A DNA stretch of 64,000 bases from Steroidobacteraceae bacterium (GCA_050181835.1 JBFXCU010000007.1:24888-88887), one strand, 5' to 3'; positions 35,524-45,346 are shown, counted from the first letter of the stretch. Made by a program: numbers and translations. Notes: generated by a model from the letters alone, not told the origin.

Positions 35524-36255
35524 ATGTCCATATCGAAACAATCACCGCCCACCAATCGTCTGCTGGCCGCATTACCGGCATCCGTCTTGGCGAGCTGCGA
35601 GCGTGTCGATCTGCAGTTCGCGGCGGTATTGTGCGAAGTCGACGAGCCGATCAAGCATGCCTACTTTCCGATTGACGGCTTCATTTCACTGGTAACGGCT
35701 CTTGATAGCGGCGAGAAACTGGAAGTTGGCATTGTCGGCGCTGAAGGCATGTTCGGTGTATCACTGGTGTCGGGCGTCAACGTGGCTTCGCACCACGCGC
35801 TAGTGCAGGGGGCGGGCACGGCATTGCGCATGAGCGTTGCAACGTTTGTGCGCCACTTCAAAAATAACCTTCGGTTTCAAAAAGATCTGCACAGCTATGT
35901 CTATGTGCTCATGCGTCAGCTTGCGCTGACGGCCGCTTGCAGCCACTACCACAATACGGGGGCACGCTTGGCGCGCTGGCTGCTGCTAACCCGTGACCGC
36001 GCACGCTCCGATGAATTTCATCTGACGCATGAGTTTCTGGCATACATGCTCGGTGTGCGCCGGGTGGGTATTACCGAGGCCGCTACAGCCTTGCAAAAGA
36101 GTGGCTTGATCGAGTATCGGCGCGGTCAAATTGTCATTCTGAACGGTCCAGGTCTGGAGAAGGCTTCATGCTGCTGCTATCGGCAGGCGAATAGTCTGTA
36201 CCAACAAATTATGAGCGCTAAGAGTGGCAAGTCGCGCCGCGCGTCGATCCAGTGA
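35524..36255 (+). CDS. Crp/Fnr-family transcriptional regulator (paralogue 3), translationally coupled to the glucan synthase
   Basis: The 243-aa ORF has NRLLAALP, YFPIDGFISLVTALDSGEKLEVGIVGAEGMFG and an HTH (THEFLAYMLGVRRVGITEAATALQKSGLIEYRRGQIVIL). Its TGA overlaps the GTG start of the next gene (GTGA). Confidence 0.85.
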   Translation: MSISKQSPPTNRLLAALPASVLASCERVDLQFAAVLCEVDEPIKHAYFPIDGFISLVTALDSGEKLEVGIVGAEGMFGVSLVSGVNVASHHALVQGAGTALRMSVATFVRHFKNNLRFQKDLHSYVYVLMRQLALTAACSHYHNTGARLARWLLLTRDRARSDEFHLTHEFLAYMLGVRRVGITEAATALQKSGLIEYRRGQIVILNGPGLEKASCCCYRQANSLYQQIMSAKSGKSRRASIQ

Positions 36256-39200
36256 GTGCGCGACTGACAGCGTTGCTTAATCGCTTATTCAATTTAAGTT
36301 CGGTTCCTTCCGCTTGGAGTATTGACGCCGACAACAGCGACCAGCTACTGCGCGCTGAGCTATTCAGCATTGAACGGCTTGAGCAACATGCGACGACGCT
36401 AGCAATGGCGCAAACTGTGGCCAGCAAAAGGGTGGCGCGGCATTCGTTGCAGGCTAGGTTGCGGAATAACGAGGCGGTGCTGTTGGCAGCATATCGCACC
36501 ATTGCCGTGGCAGTTGGTGAAGGCCGTCCCGTCACACCTGCGGCCGAATGGTTGATCGACAACTATCATCTGGTCGAGGCGCAGATTCGTCAGATCAAGG
36601 ATGACTTGCCGCCGCCATTCTATCGACAGCTGCCCAAGCTTGCCGCAGGACATCTCAGCGGCTATCCACGTGTGTTCGGACTTGCATGGAATTACGTCGC
36701 ACATAGTGATAGCTTATTTGATCCGGAAACCTTGCGCCGTTTTGTGCGTGCCTATCAGCAGGTACAGCCGCTGACTATTGGTGAATTATGGGCTATGGCC
36801 ATCACCCTGCGAGTGGTGCTGGTCGAAAATCTCAGGCGCGCGGCAGAACGCATTGTCGGCAGCCGCGTGGCACGCCAGCAAGCAGATCGCGTTGCCGATC
36901 AACTACTCGGCGCTAATGGCCGCGCTATCGATCCGACCTTTGTCGCGGATCCAAGTGCATTGCTCCGCGAGCATCAGGACGATCCCCGCTTTTTTGAGGT
37001 GTTCGTCGTGCAATTGCTCAAGCGACTGCGTGATCAGGATCCGCGTGTGACGCCGGCCTTGCTATGGCTAGAAGATCTCTTGAAGTCCCGGGGCACCAGT
37101 GCTGATGCCATGGTTCGTGATGAGCATCAGCGCCAGGGTGCATCGAACATCACCGTACGCAACATCATTACCAGCATGCGGTTGATATCCGACGTCAACT
37201 GGCCGGATTTTTTTGAAGATGTCTCACTGGTTGATGCCGAGTTGCGTTCTGTCGGTACCTCTAATGCGAGCATAGGAAGTCATTTTTCCGATATGGATTT
37301 CGCAACGCGAAATTTATATCGCAGCGCCATCGAAGAGCTAGCACGTGGTTCAACTCGCACCGAACTGGAGATTGCCAGCCTAGTTATCGCTACTGTAAAC
37401 AGCCGTGATACATCACCGCAAGCCGGTGATCTTCGTGAGTGCGATCCGGGCTACTACCTGTTAGCACGCGGACGACCAGCCTTCGAACGTGCCGTGGGCT
37501 ATCGTGCACCATTGCGACATTGGTTGAGCCGCTTTAACGAGTTGATCGGACCAGGTGGTTACATTGGCGTCATTCTATTGATGACGTTCATGGTGCTAGC
37601 CATGCCAATGTGGTCACTGCACATACGGCTGGTAACAGGTTGGCAGTGGATCATATTCGGAGTGTTGGGCTTGGTGCCAGCTATGGATCTGGCAGTGGCG
37701 TTGGTGAATCGCGCGGTCGCGCGTGGCTTTGGTGCCGCCATGTTGCCGGGCCTTGAGTTGCGCGATGGCGTGCCAGCAGAGTTCCGTACGATAGTGGTGG
37801 TGCCAACGCTGTTGACCACGGCCGAAGCGATTCAGGCACAGATCGAACGTCTTGAAGTACATTACCTAGCCTCGTCGCAGGGCGAACTACACTATGCGCT
37901 GCTCACTGACTGGAGTGATGCAACCACTGAACATGTCGACGGTGACGCCGAATTATTGCAGTTGGCCATCGCGGGAATCGAACGGCTGAATCAAGTTCAT
38001 GGACAGGTTGCGACGGGCGAACGCTTCTATCTATTACATCGACACCGTGTGTGGAGCGAGGTTCAGCAGCAGTGGATGGGCTGGGAGCGTAAGCGCGGTA
38101 AGTTGCACGAGCTCAATCGCTTACTGCGCGGTGTGTCGGACACCAGTTTTTTTACTGAGCTTGCGCAGTCATTACCGCGCGATGTGTGCTTTGTGGTGAC
38201 GCTTGATGCCGATACCCGTCTGCCGCGTGAATCCGTTCGGCGCATGGTCGGCAAGTTGGCGCATCCACTCAATCAGCCACGCTTTGACGCAATTACCGGC
38301 TGTGTCGTCGAGGGTTATGCGGTGCTGCAGCCGCGAGTCACGCCGTCATTGCCCCTGGGTCGCGAAGGCTCGTTATTTCAGCGGGTATTTTCCAGCATGA
38401 CCGGCATCGATGCCTACGACGCAGCGGTGTCTGATGTGTATCAGGATTTGTTCGGCGCAGGTTCTTATGCCGGCAAGGGTATTTACAGCATCGATGCGTT
38501 TGAGGCTGCGTTGAGCGACCGAGTGCCGGAAGGTTCGTTGCTCAGTCACGACTTGTTTGAAGGCACTTTCGCACGCGCGGGCTTGGCATCCGATGTTGAA
38601 GTGGTTGAGGAGTTTCCATCGCGTTACGACGTGGCAGCCGCACGAACCCATCGTTGGGCGCGCGGCGATTGGCAGTTGTTGCCGTGGATGCTGGGGCGGC
38701 GAGATGTCGCACGGCGCGGCAGTGGTTCGATGCCACTCATCGGTCTGTGGAAAATGCTAGACAATTTGCGGCGCACGCTCTCAGCGCCGGCCACCGTGGT
38801 AGCGCTCGTGGTGGGATGGTTGTTGCCGTTGCCGGCAGCGCTCGTATGGACAAGGTTCTTGCTAATTGCCATTGCATTGCCAGTGCTGCTGCCAGTCATT
38901 GCCGCCATCGTGCCGTGCCGACGCGGCGTCAGTGTGCATAGCCACTTACGTGCGTTGGGATCCGATTTATGGCTGGCGCTGTTGCAGATTGCCTTTGTCA
39001 TTACCTTTATGGCGCATCAGGCATGGTTGATGACGGATGCCATTGCACGAACCCTGTTTCGTCTGTTCATCAGCCACCGCAATTTGCTGGAATGGGTGAC
39101 TGCAGCGCAGGCTCAGCTGAGTACGCGACTGACGCTGGTCACTGTCTATCGTCGCATGATTGCCAGTGTAATCATCGCGATCATGGCACTCCTGTTGATT

Positions 39201-42200
39201 GCCTGGAGCGGAGGTGCAGTACGGTGGTTGGCATTGCCATTTATTTTGTTGTGGCTGGCCGCTCCTGCCATTGCACGCGCGATCAGTGTGTCGCCGCTGG
39301 TGGCAGGACGATTAATGGTGACGACCGATGATGCGCAGGCACTGCGTCTGATCGCGCGTCGTACCTGGCGCTACTTTGAAACCTTTGTGACCGACGTAGA
39401 GCACATGCTGCCGCCTGATAATTTCCAGGAAGATCCACAACCGGTAGTAGCGCATCGCACTTCGCCGACCAATATGGGGTTGTATCTATTATGTGCCGTC
39501 AGTGCGCGTGATTTCGGTTGGGCAGGGGTGCTGGATATCGTGGCGCGCCTAGAAGCAACGCTGGCGACTATGCAGCGCCTGGGAAAATTTCGTGGTCATT
39601 TTTACAACTGGTATGACACTCGCGACCTGCGCCCGCTGGAACCACGCTATGTGTCGTCGGTCGACAGCGGCAACCTCGCGGCGCACTTGATTGCGGTATC
39701 TAATGCCTGTCGCGAATGGGCCGACAGTTGTCTGGATATATTGGCGTCGCATCACGTCAGTATTGCCGGTGTTGAAGATACCATTGATCTCATGCACGAG
39801 GCTTTGCAGGCGCTGCATGTGGAGCACCGCACGCACACGCTGGCGATCAAGCATTTGCAAAGTACGCTGAGTAAGCTGACCGATGAGTTGCAGCAAATCG
39901 GTTCCAGTGCAATTTCTGCTACGCAGCTCAGTAGCTTAGTCGCACAGGCGAGCACCCTCGTGGATATCGCCCGTGCCTTGAGCAGCGAATGGATAACTGA
40001 AACACCCAGTGATCCGGCACAAGAAAAAAATACGGCCGACTATAGCGATGTGCTGTACTGGGCTGCAGCCACGCTTGAATCTATCGAAAGCTGGCAGCGC
40101 GATGTCATGCAGTCAGATGCGATACGTGGCGAATTGCAACAACGCTTACTGGCGGTTGCGGCGGAAGCGCATGTCATGGCGCTGGCCATGGAGTTTGGTT
40201 TTCTGCTCGATCCGGAACGCAAGCTGCTGTCCATCGGCTACAGCGCCACCGATGGTACGCTTGACCCCAGCTGCTACGATCTCTTGGCGTCGGAAGCGCG
40301 GCTGGCCAGTTTCTTTGCCATTGCCAAGAACGATGTATCGACCCGTCACTGGTTTCGCCTCGGTCGTTCAGTTACTGCAATTGGTCGTGGTGCGGCACTG
40401 ATTTCTTGGTCCGGGTCTATGTTCGAGTACTTGATGCCTTCGCTGGTGTTACGCGCGCCTGTAGGAAGCTTGCTGGAGCAAACCAGCCGCTTGATAGTGC
40501 AGCGCCAGATTGATTACGGCAAGGAACGCGGTGTGCCTTGGGGCGTTTCCGAGTCAGCCTTTAGTGCACGCGATCTCGAGTTTACTTATCAATATTCCAA
40601 CTTTGGTGTGCCAGGCCTTGGCCTGAAACGTGGCTTGATCGAAAATCTGGTGATTGCACCGTATGCGACGGCGTTAGCGGCAATGGTGGATCCGGCAGCA
40701 GCCATGCGCAACCTTACGCGTCTATGCACAATCGGTGCATATGGTCGATATGGATTCTACGAGGCGCTCGATTACACGCGTGCACGTCTGCCGTCCGGTT
40801 CACAGCTGGTAGTTGTGCGTGCCTTCATGGCGCATCACCAAGGCATGTCCGTGGTGGCCATTGCCAATGTGTTGTTCGACGGGCGCATGCGCGCGCGCTT
40901 TCATGCCGAAGCCATTGTGCAGGCGACCGAACTATTGTTGCAGGAACGCACGCCGCGCGATGTCTCCATTGCTCATCCGCGTGCCGAAGAAGTAACCACC
41001 GCAGCGCGCATCGGCAGTACCGATTTACCGGAAGTGCGGCGACTGCATACGCCGCATACCGCTTCACCGCAGACGCATCTACTATCGAATGGCCGCTATG
41101 CCGTAATGCTCACCGGCGCAGGCTCCGGCTACAGTCGTTGGCGTGAGCTGGCGCTGACACGCTGGCGCGAAGATGTCACGCGTGACGATGCTGGCAGCTA
41201 TATCTTCTTGCGCGACGTGGCCAATGGTGCTGTATGGTCTGCTGGGTATCAGCCTAGCGGTGCAGAGCCTGATAGCTACGACGTAACCCTTACGGAATAT
41301 CGCGTCGAGTATCATCGTTGTGATGGTGCGTTGACTACAATATTACACGTGGTGGTATCGCCGGAAGACGATGCCGAGGTACGACGCGTGTCGATCACCA
41401 ACAACGGTGATGATGTACGCGATATCGATGTCACTTCATATTGCGAATTGGTGTTGGCGCCGCAGGCGGCCGACAATGCGCATCCGACATTTTCCAAGCT
41501 ATTTGTACAGACTGAGTATGTGGCCAAGCTCGGCGCGCTGCTGGCTACTCGACGCCGTCGCTCCCCTGAAGAGGCACATATATGGATTGCGCATCACGTG
41601 GTCGTGGAAGGTGAGGTGTTGGGCTTGGCAGAGTACGAAACTGATCGGTCACGCTTTCTTGGGCGTGGACGTGAAATCAATGATGCAATTGCAGTGGTGG
41701 ATGGCGGGCCGTTATCCAATACCGTCGGAACCGTGCTCGATCCAATCTTTGCATTACGCAAGCGAGTGCGTATTCAACCCGGTGCCACCGTGCGTCTGTC
41801 TTTCTGGACCAGTGTGGCCGAGTCGCGTGCCGCAGTACTGGACTTGTTCGACAAACATCACGATGCCAATGCCTTTGTGCGTGCCGCTACTCTCGCCTGG
41901 ACTCAGGCGCAGGTGCAGTTGCGCCATCTGGGTGTGACTGCTGAACAAACCAATCTATTTCAGCGTCTGGCCGGACACCTGTTATATGCCAATGCATCTC
42001 TGCGGCCTTCCTCTGACGCTATTCAACGCGGTGGTGGTACGGCTTCCGCGTTGTGGGCGCAGGGCATTTCTGGTGATGTGCCCATTGTATTGTTACGCAT
42101 TGATCATGTCGAAGACATCGATATTGTGCGGCAACTATTGCGCGCGCACGAATACTGGCGACTAAAACAGTTGGCAGTGGATCTGGTTATTCTCAACGAG

Positions 42201-44912
42201 CGAGCGCATTCGTACGTGCAGGATCTGCAGATTGCACTGGAGACTGCAGTACGGATGAGTCAGTCGCGATCAGTCGTGAATATTGGTGCCCACAATACCA
42301 AAGGCTCTGTCTACGTATTACGCACCGATTTGATCGCTGCGGAAACACGTTCCGTGTTGTCTTCGCTTGCACGTGTTGTGTTGCATGGCCAGCGTGGCAC
42401 GCTGGCCGATCAGGTTGAACGGTGCGCGGAAGATCTGCCTGTGATGAGACGCGCGCCACCGCTCAGGCCACGGGTGACTTATGGCACGCCCGATAGGTCA
42501 CCTCGGAACCTAGAGTACTTCAATGGTGTGGGTGGTTTTGACGCGAATGGCTGCGAATATGCAATTACATTGGGTGCAGAGCAATCGACGCCCACGCCGT
42601 GGATCAACGTCATTGCAAATCCGCAGTTCGGCTTTCAAGTGTCGGCCGAGGGTGGTGGGTACACTTGGTCGGTCAACAGCCGCGAGAACCAGCTTACCCC
42701 GTGGGGCAACGATCCTGTGACCGATCGTCCCGGCGAAGTGCTGTACGTGCGCGATGACGATACCGGCGAGCTGTGGGGTCCGACCGCTGCGCCGCTGCGC
42801 GATGACGCTGCGCCGTATGAGATTCAGCATGGTCAGGGCTACAGCCGGTTCAAACACAGTGCGCATGGCATTGAACTTGAATTACTGATGTATGTACCCA
42901 TCGACGACCCCATCAAAATCTTTCGCCTCAAGCTGCTAAATGTTTCAGCGCGTACTCGACGCCTGTCGGTCACGGCCTATGTCGAGTGGGTATTGGGTAC
43001 ATTGCGTGGTGCAGCAGCGCCAACCATTGTTACTGAAATGGATTCACTGACCGGAGCTATGCTGGCGCGAAATCCTTATAGTGCCGTGTATGGATCGCGC
43101 GTTGCGTTCACGGATCTGGCCGGAAAACAATCGCAATGGACCGGCGATCGGCGCGAATTCCTGGGGCGTCACGGCCGACTGGATCGGCCTGCGGCATTGT
43201 TTGACTCTGCACCTTTAAGTAAACGCACGGGTGCGGGCCTTGATCCATGCGCTGCCTTGCAAACAGCGCTGACCCTTGGTGTTGATGAGCAAACTGAGGT
43301 CGTTTTCCTGCTGGGCGAGACGGCTTCGGTGATCGACACTCAAGCCTTGCTGATGCGTTATCGATCCTGCGATCTTGATGTCGTGCTGCACACCATCACT
43401 GACTATTGGGATGATGTACTCGGCACGGTCCAAGTCAGAACGCCAGATCGATCCATGGACATCATGCTCAATCGCTGGCTGTTGTATCAGACCTTGGTAT
43501 GTCGCATTTGGGCACGTTCGGCTTTTTATCAGGCTAGCGGTGCGTATGGTTTTCGCGATCAGTTACAGGACGGTATGGCGCTAGCAGTGTCCCGACCAGC
43601 AATTACGCGCGAACATTTATTGCGTGCAGCCGGGCGACAATTTCCCGAAGGTGATGTACAACATTGGTGGTTACCGCCGACGGGGCAGGGCGTGCGCACG
43701 CATATCTCCGATGATCGCATTTGGCTGGCTTATACCTGCCTGCACTACCTCAAGGTTACGGGCGATCTGTCGATTCTGGATGAGCAAGTGGCCTTTATCG
43801 AAGGCACCAAACTTGAACTACATCAACATGATGACTATTTTCTACCTGAGGTCGGCGACGATAGCGCCACCTTGTTTGAACATTGCGCGCGTGGACTGGA
43901 CGGCAGTCTGGCACTAGGGGCTCATGGTTTGCCGTTGATCGGTACTGGTGACTGGAACGATGGCATGAATCGCGTCGGCGAGCAGGGTCGGGGCGAAAGC
44001 GTATGGCTGGGCTGGTTCCTGCACTCCACCCTCACTGGCTTTGCCACAGTGGCCAAGGAGCGCAATGAGCCGGAACGTGCCGCGCAGTGGATGAGACATG
44101 CTGCCGGACTCAATGCATCGCTAGAACGAGATGCGTGGGATGGTGACTGGTATCGACGTGGCTATTTCGACGATGGCACGGCATTCGGTTCGGCCAGCAG
44201 CGAAGAATGTCGCATTGATTCGATCGCGCAATCGTGGAGCGTGCTTTCCGGTGCAGCGAATCCCGATCATGCAGCGAGAGCCATGGAGGCGGTTGATGCA
44301 CAATTGATTCGGCGCGAAGATGGTCTGGCGTTATTGTTTACGCCGCCTTTTGATCTCACGCCACTGGAGCCTGGTTACATCAAGGGCTATCCGCCTGGGT
44401 TACGCGAGAATGGCGGTCAGTACACGCATGCTGCCGCGTGGTCCGTCATGGCGTTCACGAAACTCGGTGATGGCGATAAGGCGGCGGAATTATTTTCGCT
44501 ACTCAATCCAATCAATCACACTAGCACGCGCACTGGCCTGCGACGCTACAAGGTTGAGCCCTATGTGGTAGCAGCTGATGTGTACTCCGTGGCGCCGCAT
44601 GTAGGTCGCGGTGGCTGGACTTGGTACACGGGTGCGGCAGGTTGGTTATATCGAGCTGGTCTTGAGGGTATTCTCGGCTTTCAGCTGCAGGGCGATTATC
44701 TGCTACTCAGACCGTGCATACCAAAGTCTTGGCCACGCGTTGAGATTAATTTTAAATATCGCTCGTCTCGCTACGAAATCGTCGTAGAAAATCCCGATTT
44801 TATAAGTAGTGACGCACTGCGCACTATGCTTGATGGTGTGGTTGTATCTGAGCAGCGTATTCCATTGCATGACGATGGCGTAACGCATCATGTACATGTA
44901 AGGCTCGGATAA
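36252..44912 (+). CDS. ndvB: Cyclic beta-1,2-glucan synthase (Cgs/ChvB/NdvB type: GT84 glycosyltransferase plus C-terminal GH94-like phosphorylase)
   Basis: The 2886-aa single ORF has an NdvB-like N-terminus (LRAELFSIERLEQHA) and TM clusters around aa 430-480 and 830-1000. The GT domain has VTLDADTRLPRES, QPRV and HRWARGDWQ. The C-terminal cellobiose-phosphorylase-like domain has the catalytic-loop motif GTGDWNDGMN. Confidence 0.95.
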   Translation: MSARLTALLNRLFNLSSVPSAWSIDADNSDQLLRAELFSIERLEQHATTLAMAQTVASKRVARHSLQARLRNNEAVLLAAYRTIAVAVGEGRPVTPAAEWLIDNYHLVEAQIRQIKDDLPPPFYRQLPKLAAGHLSGYPRVFGLAWNYVAHSDSLFDPETLRRFVRAYQQVQPLTIGELWAMAITLRVVLVENLRRAAERIVGSRVARQQADRVADQLLGANGRAIDPTFVADPSALLREHQDDPRFFEVFVVQLLKRLRDQDPRVTPALLWLEDLLKSRGTSADAMVRDEHQRQGASNITVRNIITSMRLISDVNWPDFFEDVSLVDAELRSVGTSNASIGSHFSDMDFATRNLYRSAIEELARGSTRTELEIASLVIATVNSRDTSPQAGDLRECDPGYYLLARGRPAFERAVGYRAPLRHWLSRFNELIGPGGYIGVILLMTFMVLAMPMWSLHIRLVTGWQWIIFGVLGLVPAMDLAVALVNRAVARGFGAAMLPGLELRDGVPAEFRTIVVVPTLLTTAEAIQAQIERLEVHYLASSQGELHYALLTDWSDATTEHVDGDAELLQLAIAGIERLNQVHGQVATGERFYLLHRHRVWSEVQQQWMGWERKRGKLHELNRLLRGVSDTSFFTELAQSLPRDVCFVVTLDADTRLPRESVRRMVGKLAHPLNQPRFDAITGCVVEGYAVLQPRVTPSLPLGREGSLFQRVFSSMTGIDAYDAAVSDVYQDLFGAGSYAGKGIYSIDAFEAALSDRVPEGSLLSHDLFEGTFARAGLASDVEVVEEFPSRYDVAAARTHRWARGDWQLLPWMLGRRDVARRGSGSMPLIGLWKMLDNLRRTLSAPATVVALVVGWLLPLPAALVWTRFLLIAIALPVLLPVIAAIVPCRRGVSVHSHLRALGSDLWLALLQIAFVITFMAHQAWLMTDAIARTLFRLFISHRNLLEWVTAAQAQLSTRLTLVTVYRRMIASVIIAIMALLLIAWSGGAVRWLALPFILLWLAAPAIARAISVSPLVAGRLMVTTDDAQALRLIARRTWRYFETFVTDVEHMLPPDNFQEDPQPVVAHRTSPTNMGLYLLCAVSARDFGWAGVLDIVARLEATLATMQRLGKFRGHFYNWYDTRDLRPLEPRYVSSVDSGNLAAHLIAVSNACREWADSCLDILASHHVSIAGVEDTIDLMHEALQALHVEHRTHTLAIKHLQSTLSKLTDELQQIGSSAISATQLSSLVAQASTLVDIARALSSEWITETPSDPAQEKNTADYSDVLYWAAATLESIESWQRDVMQSDAIRGELQQRLLAVAAEAHVMALAMEFGFLLDPERKLLSIGYSATDGTLDPSCYDLLASEARLASFFAIAKNDVSTRHWFRLGRSVTAIGRGAALISWSGSMFEYLMPSLVLRAPVGSLLEQTSRLIVQRQIDYGKERGVPWGVSESAFSARDLEFTYQYSNFGVPGLGLKRGLIENLVIAPYATALAAMVDPAAAMRNLTRLCTIGAYGRYGFYEALDYTRARLPSGSQLVVVRAFMAHHQGMSVVAIANVLFDGRMRARFHAEAIVQATELLLQERTPRDVSIAHPRAEEVTTAARIGSTDLPEVRRLHTPHTASPQTHLLSNGRYAVMLTGAGSGYSRWRELALTRWREDVTRDDAGSYIFLRDVANGAVWSAGYQPSGAEPDSYDVTLTEYRVEYHRCDGALTTILHVVVSPEDDAEVRRVSITNNGDDVRDIDVTSYCELVLAPQAADNAHPTFSKLFVQTEYVAKLGALLATRRRRSPEEAHIWIAHHVVVEGEVLGLAEYETDRSRFLGRGREINDAIAVVDGGPLSNTVGTVLDPIFALRKRVRIQPGATVRLSFWTSVAESRAAVLDLFDKHHDANAFVRAATLAWTQAQVQLRHLGVTAEQTNLFQRLAGHLLYANASLRPSSDAIQRGGGTASALWAQGISGDVPIVLLRIDHVEDIDIVRQLLRAHEYWRLKQLAVDLVILNERAHSYVQDLQIALETAVRMSQSRSVVNIGAHNTKGSVYVLRTDLIAAETRSVLSSLARVVLHGQRGTLADQVERCAEDLPVMRRAPPLRPRVTYGTPDRSPRNLEYFNGVGGFDANGCEYAITLGAEQSTPTPWINVIANPQFGFQVSAEGGGYTWSVNSRENQLTPWGNDPVTDRPGEVLYVRDDDTGELWGPTAAPLRDDAAPYEIQHGQGYSRFKHSAHGIELELLMYVPIDDPIKIFRLKLLNVSARTRRLSVTAYVEWVLGTLRGAAAPTIVTEMDSLTGAMLARNPYSAVYGSRVAFTDLAGKQSQWTGDRREFLGRHGRLDRPAALFDSAPLSKRTGAGLDPCAALQTALTLGVDEQTEVVFLLGETASVIDTQALLMRYRSCDLDVVLHTITDYWDDVLGTVQVRTPDRSMDIMLNRWLLYQTLVCRIWARSAFYQASGAYGFRDQLQDGMALAVSRPAITREHLLRAAGRQFPEGDVQHWWLPPTGQGVRTHISDDRIWLAYTCLHYLKVTGDLSILDEQVAFIEGTKLELHQHDDYFLPEVGDDSATLFEHCARGLDGSLALGAHGLPLIGTGDWNDGMNRVGEQGRGESVWLGWFLHSTLTGFATVAKERNEPERAAQWMRHAAGLNASLERDAWDGDWYRRGYFDDGTAFGSASSEECRIDSIAQSWSVLSGAANPDHAARAMEAVDAQLIRREDGLALLFTPPFDLTPLEPGYIKGYPPGLRENGGQYTHAAAWSVMAFTKLGDGDKAAELFSLLNPINHTSTRTGLRRYKVEPYVVAADVYSVAPHVGRGGWTWYTGAAGWLYRAGLEGILGFQLQGDYLLLRPCIPKSWPRVEINFKYRSSRYEIVVENPDFISSDALRTMLDGVVVSEQRIPLHDDGVTHHVHVRLG

Positions 44913-45022
44913 CCTTGGCATATCGATGTGGAGTTGACTCTATGATCTAGAGTATCTCCATCACCGTCAGCAGGTTTGTATGTATTCTCGCGCGGCTCGG
45001 CATTGCGAATCGCTGTTCCAGT

Positions 45023-45040
45023 AAGCACGACGTGCTTTTT
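45023..45040 (+). terminator. Possible intrinsic terminator downstream of the glucan synthase
   Basis: AAGCAC-gac-GTGCTT is followed by TTT, about 110 nt after the stop. The stem is short (6 bp) and the loop is 3 nt. Confidence 0.35.
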
Positions 45041-45185
45041 GGGGGCTGGGAAGTTGCCGCCAATTTCCCCGGGCTGTCAATAGACATTTATTGGACACAG
45101 CCGGACTGGAATGCGGCAATTATGCTTATTTTTACGGGTTTTTTGAAAGGACACCGTCCTGAACGGACGGCTCCGGATTACCAAC

Positions 45186-45270
45186 TGGTGCCCAGGAGAG
45201 GACTCGAACCTCCACGGATTGCTCCACTAATACCTGAAACTAGCGCGTCTACCAGTTCCGCCACCTGGGC
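45186..45270 (-). tRNA. tRNA-Leu (anticodon CAG)
   Basis: The minus strand reads GCCCAGGTGGCGGAACTGGTAGACGCGCTAGTTTCAGGTATTAGTGGAGCAATCCGTGGAGGTTCGAGTCCTCTCCTGGGCACCA. It has a 7-bp acceptor stem, a long variable arm, a GGTTCGAGTCC T-loop and an encoded CCA. It is near-identical in layout to E. coli tRNA-Leu(CAG). Confidence 0.93.
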
Positions 45271-45317
45271 ATCATTTTTCAATGTCTTGAGCAGGGGTGG
45301 CCTGCACAAGGCGCGCA

Positions 45318-45346
45318 ACTCTACCGATGGCATTTACGAGTGTCAA
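45318..45346 (-). promoter_or_regulatory. Candidate sigma-70 promoter for tRNA-Leu with a GC-rich discriminator
   Basis: The minus strand reads TTGACA, a 17-nt spacer, TAGAGT and then TGCGCGCC, about 40 nt upstream of the mature 5' end. Confidence 0.45.

Noticed and set aside
35186-35695. A 169-aa plus-strand ORF overlapping the start of the third Crp-like gene.
   Set aside because: It is out of frame with the clearly homologous Crp-like ORF. It is Arg/Cys-rich and has no RBS.
18443-45270. A classical tRNA-integrated genomic island or prophage.
   Set aside because: No integrase, excisionase, phage, conjugation or transposase genes were found. I saw no direct repeat of the tRNA-Leu 3' end. 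It is kept only as a 'flexible region' hypothesis.
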